Source: a virus. Taken from it: a stretch of 64,000 nucleotides of DNA. Made by a program: the position numbers and the translations under genes. Where the stretch lies: IMG/VR virus record IMGVR_UViG_3300032282_006300, positions 1 through 64,000 of that record. One strand, 5' to 3'. The notes under the pieces are model-generated. The model saw only the letters and a program-made list of their open reading frames with translations, was not told the origin of the DNA and did no database searches. Positions 58,142 to 64,000 of the stretch are shown here, in pieces; position 1 is the first letter of the stretch, and each line of letters begins with the position of its first letter.

Positions 58142-59643
58142 TGGTTCTCCTCTAGATCAAGCACTTGACGTGCTCTTTGGGCGATGGCTGAAGCCGTACG
58201 CCGATTGTTTTTGATTGCTGCTTTGTTAACTGATGGTGCGTCTGAAAATTTCAAACCACCCGCACCAGGAACTTTTTCTACGAAACCGCAAGTAGAACAT
58301 TTATAATCGTTTGCGCCTTTTTGCAATGTCATCATTGTACCATCACGAGGGCATTTTAACTCTTCGGCAGAAGGTTTGTTGGCGAGTGGATCATGTTGAC
58401 GGCCAAAAGGAATTACATTGCTGTTTCCACCCGGAATGCCTGTGCTAGGTAATTCAATTTGACTCATGTTGTAAGGATTACGTACAACTGTTCGATTTCG
58501 TTTTACGGGAGAAGAAGTTCCTGAATCTGTGTCCACGTAGGCTTCACCGCTTTGAGTTTCAAAAGAACGTGTACGGCGAATTTTTTCATTACCTTGGGTA
58601 ATTGGGTGGAGAATGTAATCTTGTGGTGTTAAATTTTGAACTTGAGTGGGGATCAAAGTCGCATTCTTGTTTGAGGAAGTGGCTTTGTTATTCGGAGTTT
58701 TACGAGCGCCGCGAAAATTGCGCATCATTGTATGATAGACATCGTCCGCAGCGTATCTTTTTTGCGAAGTCTCGTGCTCTTGGAACGGGCTTACGCGATG
58801 GTACTGTGTGCCTTTTGGACCTTCAACGGTAAAAACACCAGCCTTGTAACCGTAGGCTTTATTTCCAAAATCATTATCTGGAACGTGTTCGTGATAACTG
58901 ATATTGTGTTCAACGCCATCGGGACCAATAAATTGCATGGATTCCCCGTGTTGAAGCCCATGAATCTGTGTCCACGTAGGCAGTTTTGCCCACCAGGGAT
59001 TTTCATTTTCAGCAGTTTTGCGAGAAGCCTCGGTGTGCTCACCGCTTTGAACGTGGAGGTCTGGATCGTACCAATCGTCGTGACCATAGTGTTCGAAATA
59101 ATCTTTTCTGTTTGCTGAATACCACGGGGCGATAACTTCTTTTCCGCACGCAGAGCAACGTTCTCCCATTGGACCGGTAGAATCCCAAGATGCAATGGAA
59201 CCACATGATCCTTCGCATTCTTTAGTCTCTGGGCCGTGGCAATCGGTACAATAGATTTCTCCATCATGGGCGTAGCCTTTTAAGAATTTGTCAGACGCAG
59301 TTTTGCGAGAGCCGGTAAAACCCGGATCTTTTTCGCGGTCGTAGGGGCGGTCGGGAGTGCCTACTGCCGGGTCGTTTTTCGTGCAATTGTCGCACTTAGG
59401 AAAAGAACTATCTTCAGGCACGAGCATATTAGTCCCACAGTTAATACAACTACCGCGGACAGCAATTTTAGAATTAGCGAAAAAAATGTCATAAGCCGAC
59501 TTCTTTGCCATTTGCCGTCTAACCTTCTTCTGGTCGGTGGATGGATTACGCCTTACTTGGCTGTCAGAACCCCTCATAGGTTCTTGCTTCGGAGCGTCCT
59601 CATTACGAGAAACACCCTTTGGCTTTGCAGCCTCATACTGCAT
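58138..59643 (-). CDS. SRKTA-delimited modular polyprotein
   Basis: SKIA, SRKTA x2 and RRTA with Zn-ribbon modules, late promoter upstream. Confidence 0.7.
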   Translation of the reverse strand: MQYEAAKPKGVSRNEDAPKQEPMRGSDSQVRRNPSTDQKKVRRQMAKKSAYDIFFANSKIAVRGSCINCGTNMLVPEDSSFPKCDNCTKNDPAVGTPDRPYDREKDPGFTGSRKTASDKFLKGYAHDGEIYCTDCHGPETKECEGSCGSIASWDSTGPMGERCSACGKEVIAPWYSANRKDYFEHYGHDDWYDPDLHVQSGEHTEASRKTAENENPWWAKLPTWTQIHGLQHGESMQFIGPDGVEHNISYHEHVPDNDFGNKAYGYKAGVFTVEGPKGTQYHRVSPFQEHETSQKRYAADDVYHTMMRNFRGARKTPNNKATSSNKNATLIPTQVQNLTPQDYILHPITQGNEKIRRTRSFETQSGEAYVDTDSGTSSPVKRNRTVVRNPYNMSQIELPSTGIPGGNSNVIPFGRQHDPLANKPSAEELKCPRDGTMMTLQKGANDYKCSTCGFVEKVPGAGGLKFSDAPSVNKAAIKNNRRTASAIAQRARQVLDLEENQ

Positions 59644-59666
59644 ATTAGGCCTCCACAATCAATCTC

Positions 59667-59703
59667 CTACCCTTTCAGGGGGTTTGTGCTAGATAGTGAC
59701 AGG
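59667..59703 (-). promoter_or_regulatory. Putative late promoter (CCTGTC-N22-AAAGGGTAG)
   Basis: Copy of the recurrent motif. Confidence 0.7.
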
Positions 59704-59723
59704 GGCGACAACAAAGAGTTTTT

Positions 59724-60218
59724 TTATTGCACAGGACGACTTGAAGTTGCGACCCATACTATTGCCTGATTTCCATACCGAGTTAGCCTTCTTAAACCCG
59801 AATCTTGTATCCAGCCGTCTTTAACCAGCGTATTGCGTGCCCCGCTCGTACTTTGATGAGAACGGCTAATGGCGATCTCTATTTCATCATCCGTGGCCCC
59901 TTTGGAACCAGCATCTTGGATAGTATGAAAAACTTTTGCTCTAATGGTGCCCGATTTTCCAGAAAATAATGCCAAGGTCATTTGGGAAGTATCTGGATGA
60001 TTGGCAGATATCCAAGTTGCATCGTCTTGGGGCATCCTTGCGGATTTAACTATGGCTTGCATCAATTGCTTGTTTTGTGCACTGCCGTTCTTTGACGGAA
60101 TAGGTAAACCTTCCCAATAAGTCCCTGATGGGTCGTGGGCATGCATGCCAAAAGGATGGGCTGGCTTTGTACAAGCCATCCCATCCTGATCGGGGTTTGC
60201 CTCAGAACAGAGAATCAT
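59724..60218 (-). CDS. Winged-helix DNA-binding protein
   Basis: GATDDEIE....SHQSTSGARNTLVKDGWIQDSG.RR.T..G..AIVW. Confidence 0.75.
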   Translation of the reverse strand: MILCSEANPDQDGMACTKPAHPFGMHAHDPSGTYWEGLPIPSKNGSAQNKQLMQAIVKSARMPQDDATWISANHPDTSQMTLALFSGKSGTIRAKVFHTIQDAGSKGATDDEIEIAISRSHQSTSGARNTLVKDGWIQDSGLRRLTRYGNQAIVWVATSSRPVQ

Positions 60219-60516
60219 CTTCCTCCATTGCTCGTTTCAGCAAATTTTGTAATTCGGGATCGTTGTCGTATTCATCCTGAGCGTGAACATAACCATGTTC
60301 TACATCAATGTCACGGTGGATGTCACGACGGAGCCGGGGCAAAATGTAACCCTTGAAAAAAATCTTGTAGCCAAGCCAAAGGAGCACAAAGTCAAAGACA
60401 ATGGTAAAAGTTAATTCGGCCAAAATGTGTGCAGGGTCAAAAGAAACACTGACATAGTCTTGCCAAATTGACATGTTGCTTTCGGTTTCTTGTACTAGCA
60501 TCGCTGTATTAATCAT
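60202..60516 (-). CDS. Membrane protein
   Basis: Single TM segment. Confidence 0.55.
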   Translation of the reverse strand: MINTAMLVQETESNMSIWQDYVSVSFDPAHILAELTFTIVFDFVLLWLGYKIFFKGYILPRLRRDIHRDIDVEHGYVHAQDEYDNDPELQNLLKRAMEEDDSLF

Positions 60517-60553
60517 GTTTAAAACTTAATGCAAAATTTCTACAAAGTCAAGC

Positions 60554-60985
60554 CTATAGCCATTGAATATCGTTTAAATTGTCTACGCCATCTAGGGCCT
60601 GACGTGCAATATCTTCAGCCACCCAATCAGGGTCCATCAAAGCCGCAATTTCTTGCGAAATCAAGATAGCCATACCCGTGTCTAATTCGGTATCATATTT
60701 TAACGTAGCCAAACGGTTGGTTGCCAACCATGTTTGGAAATTGCAGATTTTATCTTCTAAATTATTTGAAATATTAAAATATTTAGGAATTTGTCCCAAA
60801 ATACCACTTGTTGGAATGATGGCATTTGATTCAGACAATACGATTGTTGGTTCACCAAGAATATCTAGAAAACGGTGGTAAATTTTATCAATCGTATTTA
60901 CACCAAACGGCAATTTAAAAGCAACGACCGACCATTCTGTACCATGCTCTTCACAAAAGTTTTTGCACAAACGATAGTCAATCAT
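60554..60985 (-). CDS. Hypothetical protein
   Basis: 143-aa ORF with GAGG RBS. Confidence 0.5.
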   Translation of the reverse strand: MIDYRLCKNFCEEHGTEWSVVAFKLPFGVNTIDKIYHRFLDILGEPTIVLSESNAIIPTSGILGQIPKYFNISNNLEDKICNFQTWLATNRLATLKYDTELDTGMAILISQEIAALMDPDWVAEDIARQALDGVDNLNDIQWL

Positions 60986-60994
60986 AATTCCTCT

Positions 60995-61198
60995 TTACAA
61001 AATAATATCTGCCGAAGTCATTTTTTCACGCCATTCAGGGTTCGCCTGTTCATAAACATCGCGGGCTTTTACACTGATTGCTGAAGAAAATGATGCACAA
61101 GGTCCAGGGTGGTTTAAAGGAAGTTCACACCAATAGTTGTTGTGTTCTCCTGCGACACCTTCACGACAAGTTTTTTCTGGGTATTCGGCGGGCTTCAT
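60995..61198 (-). CDS. Small Cys/His protein
   Basis: C...CEL...HPGPC motif. Confidence 0.55.
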   Translation of the reverse strand: MKPAEYPEKTCREGVAGEHNNYWCELPLNHPGPCASFSSAISVKARDVYEQANPEWREKMTSADIIL

Positions 61199-61491
61199 TA
61201 ACTCTCCTCAATTTGCGATATTTGAGACAGTGGGTCCAACGGTTTTGAAACTATAACACCATCGTATTTGTATACTACACCCTGGATCTGAGTGATCAAA
61301 TTGGCAGGCAAATACTGTATTTGTGGGCTTAATTCTTCTGGCATCTCAATAATAACGAGAACGGGCCTATTTTGTTGTGGAATAACGTATTGGGGCCCAA
61401 AACAATCAAAAACATTTTCCAGAGCATAAATAGCCCTATTTGCGTCATTAAAGTTGTTGAAATATGCTTTAAAAATTCTGTTATTCATCAA
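61198..61491 (-). CDS. Hypothetical protein
   Basis: 97-aa coupled ORF. Confidence 0.5.
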   Translation of the reverse strand: MMNNRIFKAYFNNFNDANRAIYALENVFDCFGPQYVIPQQNRPVLVIIEMPEELSPQIQYLPANLITQIQGVVYKYDGVIVSKPLDPLSQISQIEES

Positions 61492-61714
61492 TACCTCTCA
61501 GCAATTCAATTTCATCATCGGGAGAAAATGATTGTTTTTCGGTAACATCATTTGTTACAAAAGTAACGATAATCATGGATACGTGCCCTAAACTAGAATT
61601 GGCATTGTTAATATTGGTAACATAACTTCTACCAAAATCTGTTTTAATAACTTGACCTTTTTTAATATCGCCAGCAAGAATTATCAAAGGGGTTTGGCGT
61701 TCTTCAGACATCAC
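61481..61714 (-). CDS. Hypothetical protein
   Basis: 77-aa coupled ORF. Confidence 0.5.
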   Translation of the reverse strand: MMSEERQTPLIILAGDIKKGQVIKTDFGRSYVTNINNANSSLGHVSMIIVTFVTNDVTEKQSFSPDDEIELLRGIDE

Positions 61715-64000
61715 TGCGCCCCCTCTTTTTTATCAATACCAAAACGGGCATTTACAAGAGGTTGCCATAAACCTTTTTGATCTAAATATTTTTCGGCGGC
61801 ATTGCGGTAGTCAAAAACCCCGCGACCAGAAGGTTTGAATGCGCCCTTGCGAGATTCGTGGATAAATTCCCACAGTTGTCGGGCACGGCGGTTGCGGGAA
61901 GGTTCTGGCAACTTGAGAATGTTCTCAATTTCTACAGCCAATCCTTCAAAATAATACCATTCGCTTTGATTAAACTGGTGACCTTCTGGTGCCTCAATCG
62001 GTCGCACTGCCCATTCATCGTCAGTTAAATTATAAGCCGCGTAAGGTTTTAACACACTAATATCGTAAGAATGGGGATTGACGTAAAAAGTAGCAGACCA
62101 AGGGCCAACCTTAATTTTTCCACCAAATGGTTCACCGTTCCATTCCCATTCTGGAATGCCAATAAAAGGCACATTAAAATATGCTTCTTCAATGTTGCAG
62201 TGTTCGCGTAATTCTGCATTCATATGTGCAGAAATTTTTTCAGGAGACATTGTTGCAAATTGTGGATTGCTTTCAATCAAACCACCGTATTCAATTCCAA
62301 TCAAGGTATCAAGATCATCATTAAGATGGTATCCTTGAGATGCGCCGATTTCAGGATTTTTTACTGCGCTAGGATCTGCCCACCATTGGCTTACAGAAGA
62401 ACCGGCAATATAAACTTTACTCCAGTTTTTCCATTCTTTGTATTGGCTGTCCCATAATTCAGCAATACGGTTTATAATGGATTCACGAATTTCTGGGCGA
62501 ATCTTGTCATCTTCAAAAAGACGTGGATCTAGGCTACCAATAGTTGGCGCAAACAAGCGCTGGTTAGGTCGCCAAGAATCAAGGACTGCATTGCGTTCAT
62601 TTGCATTCTTAGAAGCATGTGGGTGAAGTGTTTTTACAAGGTGGTCATGCCACGCCCTGCCTTCACTTGTTTTACGATTTGAATGAATAGGTTTGGTGTC
62701 GGCTAAACCTAACATGTGTGCTTCGTGCGCTTTTGTAAGCATTGTAGTAGCGATACCGTGATATTGATATCCTGGATCTACTTCAATCCAATCAATCTCA
62801 CCTGGAGATAATTTAGAAAGATCGTCTCCATGTCGATCTGTCCATGATAATACTCCAATTTGTTCGTTATTATGATGGACAGTTATTCTATGAGAACCTC
62901 CCTTTTCCGGCGATTCTTTAAAGCGATATTCAATATTTTGTGGGTGAGGGGCATTACTCATATTTTGTGTATAAGTTTTATTTGCCTCATCTAAATTTTT
63001 TTGAAAATCTAAAAATGCATCTTCAGATTTACTTTTATAATACTCGTTTTCATGTTTATTTATTGCATTTTGAAGACGGGCATCTTCCTGTTTTTTAATA
63101 GTCAGGAAAGGATCTTCATCACTAGCAAAATGCTGGAGTAGGCTTAGGCTTGGAGGTAATGAAGACACCCACGCTTCACCGTCATCACTCAGGATATCTG
63201 AGTGCTGGGGTTTAGTAATTGCTCTACCAGAATAATGGGCATCGCGAGCCTTTTCCATCATTTTTGTAGCAATACCATGACGTTGATATTCATCATCCAC
63301 GTCAATGTTGCTGATTTCACCAGAAAAATAGCCAGAACTATATTTATCGTGGGTATCAGTCGCCCAACGAAGGTTGCCAACTTGTTTGCCATCATGGTTC
63401 GCAGTTACTTCATGCATGCTGCCAACCGTGCCAACAGCGCGATAAAACTTGTATTCTACGTTCATTGGGTGTGGTGCTTTTCGCATATTTTGTATATAAA
63501 TTTTGTATGCATTTGAAAATTCTTCATTAGAACCACGCTTTGCCGCATTAAGTTTAGCCTTTTCCTGCTTTTTAATCGTCAGAAAAGGATCTTCATCACT
63601 AGCAAAATGCTGGAGTAAGGAAGCCAAGGTGGGATTTTTTTCAACCATGCGGTCATACCATGCTTGACCTTGAGTGGTTTTGTGATCGGAATGTTCAATA
63701 CGTGTACTGGCATCACCAAATTCGTAAAATTCCCGAGCCTTTTTAATAAGATTAGTAGCAATGCCATGACGTTGGTATTCCGGGGTTACTTGGATGTGGC
63801 CAATTTCCCCAGGAAAAAGACTATGACGTGTTTTTTTTTCATCATTAGCCCAGCGAACATGACCAACTTCTTCGCCATTATGGTAAGCAGTTACTTGATG
63901 CATTTGGTTTCCACCATGTTCAGAACGTTTATTAAATTCGTATTCTACGTTCATTGGGTGTGGGGCTTTTCGCATATTTTGTATATAAATTTTGTATGCA
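61711..64000 (-). CDS. Polyprotein with at least 3 tandem GNAT acetyltransferase domains and a C-terminal nucleotidyltransferase-like domain (5'-truncated)
   Basis: Three GEI...V.PEYQRHGIAT motif-A copies and IAGSSVS...DDLDTLI (Pol-beta-type GS...DxD). The frame stays open to the window edge. Confidence 0.8.
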   Translation of the reverse strand, partial: AYKIYIQNMRKAPHPMNVEYEFNKRSEHGGNQMHQVTAYHNGEEVGHVRWANDEKKTRHSLFPGEIGHIQVTPEYQRHGIATNLIKKAREFYEFGDASTRIEHSDHKTTQGQAWYDRMVEKNPTLASLLQHFASDEDPFLTIKKQEKAKLNAAKRGSNEEFSNAYKIYIQNMRKAPHPMNVEYKFYRAVGTVGSMHEVTANHDGKQVGNLRWATDTHDKYSSGYFSGEISNIDVDDEYQRHGIATKMMEKARDAHYSGRAITKPQHSDILSDDGEAWVSSLPPSLSLLQHFASDEDPFLTIKKQEDARLQNAINKHENEYYKSKSEDAFLDFQKNLDEANKTYTQNMSNAPHPQNIEYRFKESPEKGGSHRITVHHNNEQIGVLSWTDRHGDDLSKLSPGEIDWIEVDPGYQYHGIATTMLTKAHEAHMLGLADTKPIHSNRKTSEGRAWHDHLVKTLHPHASKNANERNAVLDSWRPNQRLFAPTIGSLDPRLFEDDKIRPEIRESIINRIAELWDSQYKEWKNWSKVYIAGSSVSQWWADPSAVKNPEIGASQGYHLNDDLDTLIGIEYGGLIESNPQFATMSPEKISAHMNAELREHCNIEEAYFNVPFIGIPEWEWNGEPFGGKIKVGPWSATFYVNPHSYDISVLKPYAAYNLTDDEWAVRPIEAPEGHQFNQSEWYYFEGLAVEIENILKLPEPSRNRRARQLWEFIHESRKGAFKPSGRGVFDYRNAAEKYLDQKGLWQPLVNARFGIDKKEGAQ

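Noticed and set aside
6727-63516. Numerous plus-strand ORFs in the track
   Set aside because: They are antisense shadows of minus-strand genes with no recognisable motifs or RBS.

Overview
This is a 64-kb segment of a large actinobacterial phage that resembles the myoviral mycobacteriophage cluster C (Bxz1/Myrna-like) in its head genes. Essentially all genes are on the minus strand. There are three parts. (1) Head and virion modules at 1-25 kb and 37.5-64 kb: portal, protease-like polyprotein, major capsid, decoration, neck, FN3 and collagen-like fibres, glycosyltransferases, WhiB, Dps and tRNA-Asp. These are preceded by a recurrent bipartite late-promoter motif (CCTGTY-N21/22-AAAGGGTAG). Many of these proteins are strings of small domains joined by repeated (S/A)RKTA, LxHFA or LWYKVA motifs, which suggests protease-processed cargo packaged in the capsid. 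(2) A GC-richer, apparently GATC-free early region (about 23/25.7-37.2 kb) made largely of single-gene cassettes, many led by a GACAC-box promoter, and including rIIA/rIIB. (3) A non-coding hub of about 1.4 kb (36.0-37.4 kb) packed with apparent host chromosome and cell-cycle binding sites: 10 DnaA boxes, an actinobacterial-type dif (XerCD) site, two MraZ-type GTGG decamer arrays, a LexA-like SOS box, WhiA-type GACAC boxes, a CRP-like site and an AGTCCG iteron array. This hub is the most striking candidate for an undescribed system. All calls come from visual motif recognition and no searches were run.
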